Notes: generated by a model not told the origin, from the sequence alone. 64,000 bases of DNA from an uncultured delta proteobacterium (GCA_963826785.1 CAWGYD010000001.1:1-64000), one strand, 5' to 3'; counted from the first letter of the stretch, positions 8,929 through 19,962 are shown. A program made the numbers and translations.

Positions 8929-11900
8929 TTGAACAAGAAACTGCTCAGATGGGTTCTCAGAACCGTTCTTTTGTGTCTGGCCGGAATCTGCCTGGCCGCC
9001 ATCGGGATCTATGCGGCTTTGGAGACCCGGCCGGTCCAGGACCGGGTCCTTCGCGTCGCCACCCGCATCATAGAAGATCGGACGCAGACCCGCTGCCATA
9101 TCGAAAAGATCGGCGGCAGCCTGATTTCCAGTGTTTTGATGGACGGGTTGACCCTTTCGGATCCGGCCACAGGCACGCCGCTGATTGCCGTAAAACGGCT
9201 CGAGATCCGCTACAGCGCCCCGATGCTCCTGGGCCGCGTGCTGTGGATCAACCGGATGCGCATGGAGGGCGGTTCAGTGCATCTCATGATGGGGGCGGAC
9301 GGCAATTGGCGGTTGCCCGCCTTTGCATCCGGGACCGGATTCCGGGATAAACACGTCGCCATATAGGCTCATCGTTCGGCGGTTCGATGTATCCGATACC
9401 GATATCCTCCTTTCGGCAGGCGAAGCGGCATCTGAGGTGCAGCGTCGCATCACATCCATTAACGGCCGGGCGTCCCTGCGCGTCGGCAGAAGCATGGCCC
9501 TTAAAATCGTCCAACTGGCTTTTCAGCTGGATCCGGGAAATCTCGATGTTCTGGAATGCTCGGGCGAAATCGATTATGCGCCCAGAACCGGCCGCGTGGA
9601 GATCAGCCATTGGCATCTAAAGACCCCGGCATCCGATATGGATGCGGATGTCAAGATCGATGCGGCAGCCCAGAATCCCGGCATCGACCTGTCTGCTGAT
9701 ATCGCGGCACTTTCCGTTTCCGAAATGGAAAAACTTCTTTTCCTGCAGTTGCCGGCAAAATTTGCCTATCCGGAGGCTGTATCCGGAAAAATTCAGTTAA
9801 AGGGAAGGCTTGCGGAACTGGAACATCGGATACAACTCAGTATCGGAGAAAGCCTGGTCCAGTCGGCGGGCAGAATCGATCTCGACCCCGACGGCGGTTA
9901 CGGGGCCGGTCTTCACGCCAAGATCCGCCGGTTCGATTCTGCTTTGATCCCATTTCCCGCGCTTAAAGACTATCCGGCATTAATCAATGCGGACCTGTCC
10001 ATGGACCTGCAGCATGTAACAACGCCTGATGCAAAAGGTAACATCTCGGTTTCGTTGTTTGATAGCCGGATTGCGGAACAGGAGGTGAAAACCCTCAAAA
10101 TGGAGGCAAGTGTTTCAGGGCCGGATCTGAACGTAAGCGATTTGACCATCCGTACGCCCGGTGGCGGCTTGGAGGCCAGTGGCGCCATTGACGGCATACT
10201 CTTTCCGGATCTGGACAAGAAAATCCGGTTGACCGCTCAACTGCAGCACCTGGATACGGAGGCGCTGTTTAAAGGAATCAGGTTTAAGTCCGATCTCAAC
10301 TTCGATGTGAACGCCGATGTTCGGATACCGGCCGGTCTCGACCCGGCTGGGATTTCCGCAAATGTCCTGTGCACAGCAGCCTCTTCCGAAATTGCCGGAC
10401 TTGCTTTTGAGCAGGCTGACATCGATGCGAACTGGGAAAATGGGCAAGTGGAGGTCCGAAAATTTAACCTTTCCGGTAAAATGGGAAGCGCCAATGGGTC
10501 CGGCCGGATTTGTGTACCGGAAGGGACCTGCCGGCTTTCAGCAGCAATGCAAATTCCGGAAATGGCCCTGTGGAAGCCCTATCTTCCCGACATTGCCGCA
10601 GTGCAGGGGCTTTCGGGAAGGGTTTTCCTGACCGGCGGCATGGAAGGCCACTGGCGGCATCCCAGCATCCATGCGGTTGCATCGGCGGAATCGGTGGCGG
10701 TTTCAGGGCTCTTTTCCCGAAAAATGGATGCGTATGCACAATGGGATGGCAATCTGTCTGATTTTCGCCTGTCCGGGAAGTGCGATATGGCGGATTTCAA
10801 AATGGGGCACATCCTCATTTCCGAATTGTCGCTCGAAACGCGGGCGACTCCTGAAGGGGCGGATCTTGAATTGAATCTGGGCCATCAATCCGGCCAAGTT
10901 CTGCATTTAAAGGGCCGGGTCACGGATGTGGTAAAACCCGTTAAGCAGATCCTGATTTCCAGTGTTGAAGTGAGTTCTCCCGATCTTGCCCCCCTGACCA
11001 GCCAGGGGCCGATCCGGGCAGTCCTTTCCCCGGAACGGATCACGGTCGCCCCTGCTATAATGCGCTCCGGGGATGCGGTGGCCGAATTCTCCGCAAACAT
11101 CGGGCGCACTCCGGACCGGCCGCTTGCAGCCGATTTGAGACTCCAGGGAATCGACATTGCCCGGCTGGCGAAAATATTGGATGTGAAAAAAGACATGAGC
11201 GGCATCGTCTCTGGGGATATCCGGCTGTCCGGGTCTGCAGGGGCACCCGCCATCGACATGCAGCTGGCCCTTGCTCGCCCCGTATTCGAATCACTGTCAT
11301 TTTCGGAAATGTCGCTGGTGTTTTCCTGGAAGAAGGCCCGGGCGCTTTTTGAAATGAATGCGGACGGGGGAGGTGAGCGGATTGTCAGCGTCCATGGCGG
11401 GGCAGGGGGGCGGGTGTCCTTGTATCCGTTTATCTTCTCGCCGGATTATGACCAGGTCGAGGTCCTGTGTGATCTTTTCAACATGGATCTTCAGCAGCTG
11501 GCCTCCCTGTGGCCGAAACCGATGCCGCTGCAAGGCCGGATATCGGGAAACGCCCGGCTGACCGGCGCCGCAGATACCCTGAAACTGGCCGTGGAGGCGA
11601 CGGCGGAAGATATCGTTTACCGTAAAATGGGGGTCAACCGTCTGTCGGCCTCCCTGTTTTATCAGGACGAAAACGCCCGCATGGCGGCATCTGGCTTTCG
11701 TGACGGCAGGCAAATCATCGACATGCATGGCGTGGCACCCGTTCGGGTGTCGCTGGTGCCGTTTTTGGCAGAATCGGCAGGCGAGGGCCTGGATGCGGAT
11801 ATCGCCTTAAACGGGATCGACGTATCGGAAATTTCGAACATGCTCGATCATCCCGAAATCGATGCGGGCGGGCAACTCGCGATATATGCCAAGATGAACG

Positions 11901-13099
11901 GCGACATCAAAAATCCCCGTATCGAAGGCAGGGTTTTGTTGGGCGACGGATTCCTGACGTTAAAAAAGCAGGGTTTATCCTATGAGAAAATGTCCGCTGA
12001 GATCGCTTTTGATCCGGACGGGTTCGATATTACCCAGGTCAATATCAGCGGGGACAAGGAAGGTGAATTGTCCCTGTCCGGCCGGATGGAGGCTGCTGGT
12101 TTTCGCCCGGAGAAACTGGATATCACCGCTACGGGAAAAAACTTTTACGTTCCGTTTTATGCGGGGATCGACGCCTGGGGGGATCCGGATTTAAAACTGA
12201 CCGGAGTGCTGTCCGCGCCGGTGCTGACCGGCACGATCCTGGTCAGGAAGGGGCGGGTCAACACGGAAGCTCTGTTTGGAAATGCGCCTTCCGAGATCCG
12301 GGTGATCGAACCGGAAAGGGATGAAAACGGTGTCTTTCGTGTCCCGGAGGAAAATCCGGAGGCGCTTTCATTTACGGGGCCGCTTGCCGCAGATGTGCTG
12401 CTGACCATACCCCGGAATGTCTGGATCCGGGGCAAAGAAGAATCCATCGAAATACGGGGCGGCATCCATCTGAAGAAGGAACCCGGCGCCTCGTTCGTCC
12501 TTTATGGTCCCCTTCAGGCCGTGCGGGGAACTTACCGTTTCCGGAACCGCCTGTTCAGGATCACCAGCGGGGACCTGCAGTTCATCGGCCAGGAGGAAAT
12601 CAATCCGCCTTTGAATATCGAGGCCGAAACCCGCATCGAGGATGTGCGGATTATCACGCGCCTGACCGGCACTTTCGACCGGATGAAAATGGAACTATCC
12701 AGCGATCCCGCCATGGATCAGACCGATATCATCTCCTATCTGATATTCGGGCAGCCCACCGATGCGCTGTCCGAAGGGGAAAGTTTCCGGGCCGGTGAAG
12801 CCGCCCTGGGCATGACCGGCCAGTTTGCCGCGGACGAACTGCGTGAAATCTTAGGAGAGAAGCTGAGTTTCGACTACATCGGCGTCAGCGCCGGGAGCGA
12901 GGGATTTCGGGACGGATCGGTTTCCATGGGGAAATACATCACCCCAAAGGTTTTTGTGATCTACCGCTACGGTTTTTCCGAGGAAACCCCCCAGCAGGTG
13001 GAAGTCAACTACGAGATCAACCGGAATTTCAGCCTGGAAACCGAAATGGACAATGAGCGAACTTCTGCGGTGGATCTGATCTGGAAATACGATTTTTAA
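8929..13099 (+). CDS. tamB: Translocation/assembly module TamB; +1 frameshift at ~9331
   Basis: N-terminal TM anchor in ORF 8893-9366 joins ORF 9323-13099, which ends in DUF490-type motifs (LSSDPAMDQTDIISYLIFG, GKYITPKVFVIY, DLIWKYDF). Confidence 0.85.
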
Positions 13100-13106
13100 A
13101 ATACCT

Positions 13107-13265
13107 TTAATCCGATGGCTCGAAATATTCCTTTTCGGCCGCACATTTGGGACAGACCCACCCTTCGGGCAGATCTTCAAACGGAGTGCCGGCCGCAATC
13201 ATGTTCTCCGGATCGCCTTCGGACGGATCGTACACGTATCCGCAGGGGCATTCGTATATTCGCAT
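13107..13265 (-). CDS. Rubredoxin (52 aa; absent from the ORF track)
   Basis: Manual translation: [52 protein letters not shown], with the rubredoxin signature GY.YDP..GD...[13 protein letters not shown]. Confidence 0.92.
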   Translation of the reverse strand: MRIYECPCGYVYDPSEGDPENMIAAGTPFEDLPEGWVCPKCAAEKEYFEPSD

Positions 13266-13289
13266 GGTTTCTTCTTTCATGAAAATGGT

Positions 13290-13493
13290 TTACTTGAGTT
13301 CATCCAGGCAGCCGTTCCAGGCGCACTGGTCGCAAAAAATCTTCACATTCCCCGTCAATTCCGGGATGTTTGAAGCTTCCACTTCCGGATCAAAGCAGAT
13401 GCTGTCTCCGGTGCATTCAAATCCCAGGGTTTCAAACGGGTCCTCAGGGTCTTTGATGTAAAACCGGCGGCATGCGCATAATGGGCATTTCAT
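13290..13493 (-). CDS. Small Cys-rich putative metal-binding (zinc-ribbon-like) protein
   Basis: 67 aa with CPLC...CDQC pairs; co-oriented immediately upstream of the rubredoxin. Confidence 0.65.
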   Translation of the reverse strand: MKCPLCACRRFYIKDPEDPFETLGFECTGDSICFDPEVEASNIPELTGNVKIFCDQCAWNGCLDELK

Positions 13494-13612
13494 GGGTTCT
13501 GTCCCGTATTCAGCCGTTTTGAGTGTCGTCCTTTCCCGCTTGATGTGCGGGCATAAATGACTATATTGCGCAGAGTGAAAAATGAATTGAACTGAAATTG
13601 AGGATAGGTCTT

Positions 13613-13999
13613 ATGGATGCGAATTTCAAGGCGGAACATTTGAAAAAAGTTTCGGTGACGGTGTCTCCCGAATGCGGAAATGATGCTGTTTCAGCCGAAT
13701 CCCGGTCATTTGAATTTATATACGGCATCGGCGTCGAGGGCCTGACCCCTTTTGAGTCCGTCATCGCGGGCGCCAGAACGGGCGATACCATTCCGATTCA
13801 AATCGGATCGGAAGATATCGCCGCCCTGTTCGGCCATCTTCTGCCATGCGGGGCGGGATTTCCCGAAACTCCGCAGGTCACGTGCTTAAATGTATGTATT
13901 GGCCGCATCAGCGAGCCGACCCCCCGGGAAGTGGTCCGGGCTATTGCCGGAAATGCTTCCTGCGGTTCGGATTGCGGCTGCGGATGCGGCTCTCATTGA
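13613..13999 (+). CDS. Hypothetical protein resembling a degenerate SlyD/FKBP with Cys/His-rich tail
   Basis: FEFIYGIG..GLTPFE...G.R.GD resembles the SlyD core; ends CGSDCGCGCGSH. Confidence 0.6.
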   Translation: MDANFKAEHLKKVSVTVSPECGNDAVSAESRSFEFIYGIGVEGLTPFESVIAGARTGDTIPIQIGSEDIAALFGHLLPCGAGFPETPQVTCLNVCIGRISEPTPREVVRAIAGNASCGSDCGCGCGSH

Positions 14000-14027
14000 A
14001 AAGGGGTTAGCGCTCCTTTAAAGATTT

Positions 14028-15263
14028 TTAAAAATAATAGCCGAAATTGATGTTGAACCGGTATTCCCAGTCATCGGTGGGGTTGGCGCCGAAGCGGTTG
14101 CTGGTGAAATAGGGCAGTTCCGCGGGTGCGGCGCCGTAACCGGCCTCGTTGCCCACGAAGTCGTTGCCGTTTGAATACACCAGGTCGGTGTAGATATACC
14201 ACCCGCCGCTTGCCCAGGCGGCGCCGAGAGTGGCCAGGTCGGAGTCATTGAACCCGCTTTCCGTTTTGACGATGGCGCTGTACTCCACGTAGGGAACGAT
14301 GTAATCGAGCCACTCCACTCCGGGCATATCCAGGTGGTAGCTCAGCGATGCGGCGGGAATCCAGGCTTTGGCGGCGGCCAGGGTGGGGAAGTCATATGCG
14401 CCGAGCTGGACCAGTTCATCGGTCCCCAGCGGCTGGCCGGCTTCGACATCATAGGCGTAATAGGTCACCTGGGTGGCCAGGGTCCAGTTCCCCAGTTTTG
14501 GGACGGCATGGACTGAGGCTGCATAGTGGTGGCCGTCATCCTGGGGACCGTTGCTCTTGAGCATTCCGTATTGCAGGGAGACGCCCAGGTCCGTCGTGTC
14601 AACGGTGTAAATGGCGCGGATGTTGAACTGGTTGCGCTCCTCATAGCCGTTTCCGGTTTCATCCACTACATCATAGGAGTAGCGGGAACTATCTTCGGTC
14701 ACTCCGAAATAATCGCCTTCATCCGAATAATAATAAGCCAGGTCAAGGGTGAGATTGCCCATGGGCTTGGTGTATTTGACCCCCAGGTCCATGTCGTCGG
14801 AGAGGCCCACGTAATAGTGCTGGTCGAAAAACCAGCTCTGGGAGACCCCATAGGGGCCCGGGCCGAAGGGCACGCGGTTGACCCCCACCTGGACCTGGCT
14901 GTTGTCTTCGAAATTATATCCCACCCAGCCGGTGTGCAGGAAATGGTACCCGTCGCTGTTGTTGACATCGTATCCCGGGTAAAACCGATATTCCACCTTG
15001 GCCACATAGGGGCCCTGGAGAAAATCGAGATTGATGCGGAAGGTATCCAGGGCAAAGGTCCCGCCGTCTTCCTCGGCGCGTGAGGGCCGATCCGGCCCTT
15101 CCGGTTCCGTATAGTCCCCAAGGTAATAGTTGGCCCGGATGGCCCCGCCGATGGAGAGCGGGCCCACGTCAAACGCCTGGGTTGTATTGGGAAAACTTCC
15201 TGATAATATTATAAATAAGATAACGATAAAAGGTTTGGAGAGATAGCCTGGGATTGTGTTCAT
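14028..15263 (-). CDS. Outer-membrane beta-barrel (putative porin)
   Basis: Signal peptide ending TQA, Tyr/Asp/Gly-rich alternating strands, C-terminal beta-signal YRFNINFGYYF, AAGGAG RBS. Confidence 0.75.
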   Translation of the reverse strand: MNTIPGYLSKPFIVILFIILSGSFPNTTQAFDVGPLSIGGAIRANYYLGDYTEPEGPDRPSRAEEDGGTFALDTFRINLDFLQGPYVAKVEYRFYPGYDVNNSDGYHFLHTGWVGYNFEDNSQVQVGVNRVPFGPGPYGVSQSWFFDQHYYVGLSDDMDLGVKYTKPMGNLTLDLAYYYSDEGDYFGVTEDSSRYSYDVVDETGNGYEERNQFNIRAIYTVDTTDLGVSLQYGMLKSNGPQDDGHHYAASVHAVPKLGNWTLATQVTYYAYDVEAGQPLGTDELVQLGAYDFPTLAAAKAWIPAASLSYHLDMPGVEWLDYIVPYVEYSAIVKTESGFNDSDLATLGAAWASGGWYIYTDLVYSNGNDFVGNEAGYGAAPAELPYFTSNRFGANPTDDWEYRFNINFGYYF

Positions 15264-15422
15264 TCCGTGTGCTCCTTTCTTTAATCAGGGAGAGCGCAGC
15301 TATCGCCCAAGCGCGAGAAAAGGGTAATGGTTTTTGGGCGAAAGCGGCTGAATGGGGCGGTTCTTCCGCCGGATGCCGCTGCGGGCATCGGCGGAGAACG
15401 CTCGTTACTGGTTTATGCGATG

Positions 15423-16316
15423 CTAATCGAGTTTTCCGGTCACCCAGTAATTGACTCTTTTGGGATGGGATTCGATGTAGTCCTTTGCGGCCTGTTCATA
15501 GGAGGTGTCATTGGCCTTGACCATCATGGATTCGAGGTCTTCCAGGGGCAGATACATCCGGCACAGAAACGCGACGACTTCCGGATAGTCCTGGTAAAAC
15601 CCGTTACGTGCGAGTATGGACACCTCTTCCAGTCCGCCCAGGGCGCCTTTGGGATCCTTCAGGTATCGCAGGTTCCACTTGCCGAACATCCAGTGGGGGC
15701 TCCAGCCGGTCACCAGAATCCAGTCCTTTTTCCGTTCGGCCCGAGCCAGCGATGCGGTCATGCCGGCGCCGCTGGACGCGACCAGTTTGTAGTTGTCGAG
15801 CCCGTATTCCTTGATGGCCTTTTCCGACAGCTGCATCAGGCCGGCGCCCGGATCGATCCCCTGGATCTGATAGTTCAGCTTTTTGGCCACTTCCGGCTTC
15901 TTCAGGTCCTCAATGGAGGAAAGCTCGCTTTCCGGGATATAGTCCGGCACCACCCATCCCAGGCGTGCGTTGAGGTAAAACGGGCCTAAATTGTTCACCT
16001 TGGTGCACATCTTGTCGTAATAGTCCTTATGGGTTTCCGGCAGCCAGGCCATGAGCATCAGGTCGATCTGGCCATCCGCCAGGCCCTGGTACATGATCCC
16101 GATATCCGCCAGGGTCATTTTGACCTTGTAGCCCATTTTTTCCTCAAGAATCTGCTTGGCCAGGTTGGTGGTGGCTTCCGTGCTCGACCAGGCCGTCCAG
16201 CCGATGTTGATGGTCCCTTTTTCCTGGGCGGTCGCCGGTGCGGCAAATATCATGGCAAATGCCGCAAAAAGAATTCCCGCGGTAAAACAAGCCGTAAACT
16301 TCTGGAAATGATGCAT
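15423..16316 (-). CDS. opuAC: Glycine betaine ABC transporter substrate-binding protein (OpuAC/ProX type)
   Basis: Signal peptide; GWTAWSS, AWLPETH, GIDPGAG and GWSPHWMF Trp-box motifs. Confidence 0.9.
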   Translation of the reverse strand: MHHFQKFTACFTAGILFAAFAMIFAAPATAQEKGTINIGWTAWSSTEATTNLAKQILEEKMGYKVKMTLADIGIMYQGLADGQIDLMLMAWLPETHKDYYDKMCTKVNNLGPFYLNARLGWVVPDYIPESELSSIEDLKKPEVAKKLNYQIQGIDPGAGLMQLSEKAIKEYGLDNYKLVASSGAGMTASLARAERKKDWILVTGWSPHWMFGKWNLRYLKDPKGALGGLEEVSILARNGFYQDYPEVVAFLCRMYLPLEDLESMMVKANDTSYEQAAKDYIESHPKRVNYWVTGKLD

Positions 16317-16388
16317 CTGTGTCTCCTTTTGCTTAAAGGGTGGATAGCAGCGTGCGGGCATGCGTTTGCCCGCAGATGAATATGATTT

Positions 16389-17261
16389 TCATCCGGAGCC
16401 GAAAAGTTCCCGGATCCGGGTGGACAGCCGTTTGCCGCCCATCTGCCCGAAGCTCTGGGTGATGCGGTCTAAAATAATGGCCAGCAGCACCACGCCGAGC
16501 CCGCCTTCGAATCCCATGCCGACGTTTAAGCGCTGGATGCCGCGCAGCACCGGGTCGCCCAAACCGCCGGCGCCAATCATGGAGGCGATCACCACCATGG
16601 ACAGGGCCAGCATGATGTTCTGGTTGACGCCGGCCATGATGGACGGCATGGCATTGGGGATCTGGACTTTAAACAGCAGCTGCCGGCCGGTGCAGCCGAA
16701 CGCCAGCCCCGCCTCGACGGTTTCCTTGGGCACCTGCCGGATGCCCAGGTTGGTCAGGCGCACCGCCGGCGGCATGGCGAAGATGATGGTGGCGATGGCC
16801 CCCGGGACCTGGCCGAGTCCGAAAAACATGACCGCCGGAATCAGGTAGACGAAGGCGGGCATGGTCTGCATGAAATCGAGCACCGGCCGGACGATGCCTT
16901 CCACCAGGTCGCTCTTGGCCATGGCGATGCCCACGGGGATGCCGATGAGCAGGCTGAAAAAAGTGGAGGACAGCACCAGGGCCAGGGTGGAAATGGTATC
17001 TCCCCAGAGGTCCATCCCGATGATCACGGCCAGGGCCGCGGCGATGAACAGGGCCAGCTTCCAGCTGACCCGCCACCAGCCCAGCAGAACGAGAATCAGC
17101 CCCAGGCCCCATATGGGCAGGGCGGCCAGCCCCTGGGCGAGCAGGCTGGTCAACCAGCCGATGACAAAAGAGATGACATTAAAAAACGGCTCCGCATTGT
17201 CTAAGAGCCATTCCACAATAGTGGTGATCCATTCGCCGATGGGGATCTGGTAGGTAAACAT
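16389..17261 (-). CDS. proW: Glycine betaine/proline ABC permease
   Basis: PVLDFMQTMPAFVYLIP, EAGLAFG (EAA loop), MLALSMVVIASMIGAGGLG. Confidence 0.93.
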   Translation of the reverse strand: MFTYQIPIGEWITTIVEWLLDNAEPFFNVISFVIGWLTSLLAQGLAALPIWGLGLILVLLGWWRVSWKLALFIAAALAVIIGMDLWGDTISTLALVLSSTFFSLLIGIPVGIAMAKSDLVEGIVRPVLDFMQTMPAFVYLIPAVMFFGLGQVPGAIATIIFAMPPAVRLTNLGIRQVPKETVEAGLAFGCTGRQLLFKVQIPNAMPSIMAGVNQNIMLALSMVVIASMIGAGGLGDPVLRGIQRLNVGMGFEGGLGVVLLAIILDRITQSFGQMGGKRLSTRIRELFGSG

Positions 17262-17267
17262 GGGTTG

Positions 17268-18473
17268 CTATTCTCCTCTTTGCAGGGCTTTCAGGTAGGC
17301 GGTTTTGGAGATGGTTCCCTTGAATATGCCTTCGTGATCGATGACCGGAACCGGATGGATGCTCTGCGTCACCCGGGGAAGCACTTCCTCCAGCGGCATG
17401 TCCACGGGCACCGGCTCGGGAGTCTTGAGCAGGGCTTTATGGAACTTGCGGTCCTGGTCCCTCATGGCCTGCTCCAGGGATTCCACCGATACGATCCCCT
17501 GGTATCTTCTTTTTTTGTCCAGGACATAGGCGCAGTCCCGGTCATAATCGATGAGGCGCTGGAGTACGGCCCGAAATCCCTCTTCGAAATCGGGGCGGCG
17601 CAGGATGGTCACCTGCTTGTACTGGGCGATGTCGCCGGCGGAAAGGACGGTGGTGGGATCGACCCCCCTGAAAAAGGACCGGACGTAGTCGTCGGCGGGA
17701 TTCTGGAGAATTTCATCCGGCGCACCCACCTGCACGATGCGTCCCCCCTCCATGATGGCGATGCGGTCGCCGATGCGCATGGCCTCGTCCAGATCATGGG
17801 AGATAAACACGATGGTCCGCCCGGAATCCGCCTGCAGGCCCAGAAGCTCGTCCTGCATTTCGGTCCGGATCAGGGGATCAAGTGCGGAAAATGCCTCATC
17901 CATCAGCAGGATGTCCGGATCCACCGCCAGTGCCCGGGCCAGCCCCACCCGCTGCTGCATCCCGCCCGAAAGTTCGTCGGGCAGGCTCTCGGCATATGGT
18001 TTGAGCCCGACCTGGTCCAGGGCGGCCATGGCCAGCTCCTTGCGTTCGCTTACGGAATGGCCGCTCACCTCCAGTCCGAAGGCGGCGTTTTCCCACACTT
18101 TCATCCGCGGCATCAGGGCAAAAGACTGGAAGACCATGCTCATTTTCTTGCGCCGGAGCCGGATCAGCTCTTTTTTGTTCATCTTCGTGATGTCGTCTCC
18201 CAGGATCAGCACCTGCCCCGCGGTGGGTTCGATGAGCCGGTTGAACATGCGCACGATGGTGGATTTTCCCGATCCGGACAGCCCCATGATGACGAATATT
18301 TCTTTTTTCAGAATGCTGAAATTTGCGCTCTGAACGGCCACGGTATTGCCGGTTTCGGAATAGATGGTGTCCTTGTCGGCACCTTTTTCGATCATCTTCA
18401 GCGCGGAATGCGGATCGGGCCCGAAAATCTTGTAAAGATCCTTTACTACAATGACTTCATCGGAATCGGTCAT
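17268..18473 (-). CDS. proV: Glycine betaine/proline ABC ATPase with tandem CBS domains
   Basis: GLSGSGKS, LSGGMQQRVGLARAL, MDEAFSALDPLIR; C-terminal CBS pair. Confidence 0.95.
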   Translation of the reverse strand: MTDSDEVIVVKDLYKIFGPDPHSALKMIEKGADKDTIYSETGNTVAVQSANFSILKKEIFVIMGLSGSGKSTIVRMFNRLIEPTAGQVLILGDDITKMNKKELIRLRRKKMSMVFQSFALMPRMKVWENAAFGLEVSGHSVSERKELAMAALDQVGLKPYAESLPDELSGGMQQRVGLARALAVDPDILLMDEAFSALDPLIRTEMQDELLGLQADSGRTIVFISHDLDEAMRIGDRIAIMEGGRIVQVGAPDEILQNPADDYVRSFFRGVDPTTVLSAGDIAQYKQVTILRRPDFEEGFRAVLQRLIDYDRDCAYVLDKKRRYQGIVSVESLEQAMRDQDRKFHKALLKTPEPVPVDMPLEEVLPRVTQSIHPVPVIDHEGIFKGTISKTAYLKALQRGE

Positions 18474-18998
18474 GGCCTGCCTTTTTGATTTTCTTCAGTG
18501 ATGGATATCCCAGCGGTAATCAGTCCGCAATCACCTGCTGGTCCGGTAAAAATTATAATGTCGGTACTCCGGCAAATCATCTGTTTTGGAAAAAAATGAC
18601 TTTAAACATTTAAATTTATAAAACTTATAGAAAAAAACTTTTTTTATGACCCATGATTTAATGATCATCAGGCATCATTTTCGCCTCTGGCCTGGATGGT
18701 AAGAAAATGGATTTTTTACGGATTGAATTTTTCCTATTCATATTAAAGCCGGTGAATTAGTTAAAACTTATATCACTGCAAGTGGTTTCATATATCAGAA
18801 TTTGTTTATAATGACAACCCTGTCAATTCAATAATTTGCAAATGGGGAATAACAAATTGAAAATGCCGGAAATCGGTTCGTAAAGCCTATGATGGCCTGG
18901 AATCGGTCCAGCCGTTGTTCTTTTTCAGGGATAGAATGAAGCGAAAGCGACGGAGGCGGTTTTTGCGGTCAGGGTGGAAAAGAAAAAAGATGCCGGTG

Positions 18999-19025
18999 GC
19001 GGGGCATGGGGTGATCATGCCCCGC
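18999..19025 (-). terminator. Hairpin downstream of the rubredoxin-domain membrane protein
   Basis: GCGGGGCATG-7nt-CATGCCCCGC perfect 10-bp stem. Confidence 0.55.
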
Positions 19026-19039
19026 TTTTGGTGACAAGA

Positions 19040-19717
19040 TCAGTTCCTGAAAACCAGCTTCCCGCCGATGAAACCGGCGATGGTGGCGGCACCCAGCATG
19101 ACGGCATGGACAAGCAGGAATCCCCAGCGCGAGGCGGAGGAAAACTGGGTGACATCCGGCTCGATCAGATACCAGATCACACTGATGAGGGCGCAGACCG
19201 TTACCACCAGGGCGGCGGCGATCTTGGTCTTGAAGCGGCGGGTCATGGCGCCCCGGTACTTTCGCTGCCATTCATTGAATCCGGTGTACAATACGAACGG
19301 CAGGGAAACCAGAACGAACACCATGCTGTAAAATCCCGCCGTGGAGAGGTTTCGAAAATGAAAGAGAGCGGAAAGAAACATGAAGATCACCACCATGGGG
19401 ATAATCCCGTTTGGGATATGAACGGATACGGGGTGAAGGTGATGCTTCGACAACTGGGCGTTTATTTGCTCCAGGTAGTATTTTGCAGGCGTGATTTCCC
19501 GGTAATCGTCTTCTGTTTTGTCGGCCTTGGGCGCGGGCTTGCTGCGCTGTTTTTCCGGGGAAGCAGAAGCGGCGGTGTCCTTTTTTTCCTCCTTTGGCGC
19601 TTCTTTTTCGGCCATTTCCACGAATTTGCTCCGGTCCGCGCCGCACACGGGGCATTTTTCCGGCGGCTCCTCTCCATTATGGATGTATCCGCAGACCGTA
19701 CACTGCCATTTTTTCAT
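19040..19717 (-). CDS. Rubredoxin-like domain fused to DUF2231-like membrane domain
   Basis: [23 protein letters not shown], charged linker, then [12 protein letters not shown] and four TM segments. ATG at 19717 with AGGAGG RBS. Confidence 0.82.
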   Translation of the reverse strand: MKKWQCTVCGYIHNGEEPPEKCPVCGADRSKFVEMAEKEAPKEEKKDTAASASPEKQRSKPAPKADKTEDDYREITPAKYYLEQINAQLSKHHLHPVSVHIPNGIIPMVVIFMFLSALFHFRNLSTAGFYSMVFVLVSLPFVLYTGFNEWQRKYRGAMTRRFKTKIAAALVVTVCALISVIWYLIEPDVTQFSSASRWGFLLVHAVMLGAATIAGFIGGKLVFRN

Positions 19718-19962
19718 CTGATTCCTCCTGTGATAATGATATGAATTTGAGACAGGTGATTGTATTGCTGATGATTGATTCGAAAAGATTTCTACTGAAA
19801 CATAAATTCTAAGGCGTGACAGGAAAAAAGCAACCCAATTCATGCTGCAAAACGTCAGGCGAAACCGGTTTCCAGGTTTCCACGGGCGATTGGCGTTTGA
19901 CATTTCATACCGTGGCTGCATATAGTATCCCAAAATTTATCTAAATATAAGGAGCGTCGCAT

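Noticed and set aside
13147..13461. 104-aa plus-strand ORF
   Set aside because: Antisense to the rubredoxin and Cys-rich genes, which have clear motifs.
19718..19933. N-terminal extensions given by the ORF track (also 3858-3962, 5369-5626, 23736-23864, 27578-27700)
   Set aside because: Downstream starts with RBS or domain boundaries fit better; the extensions run through intergenic or overlapping sequence.
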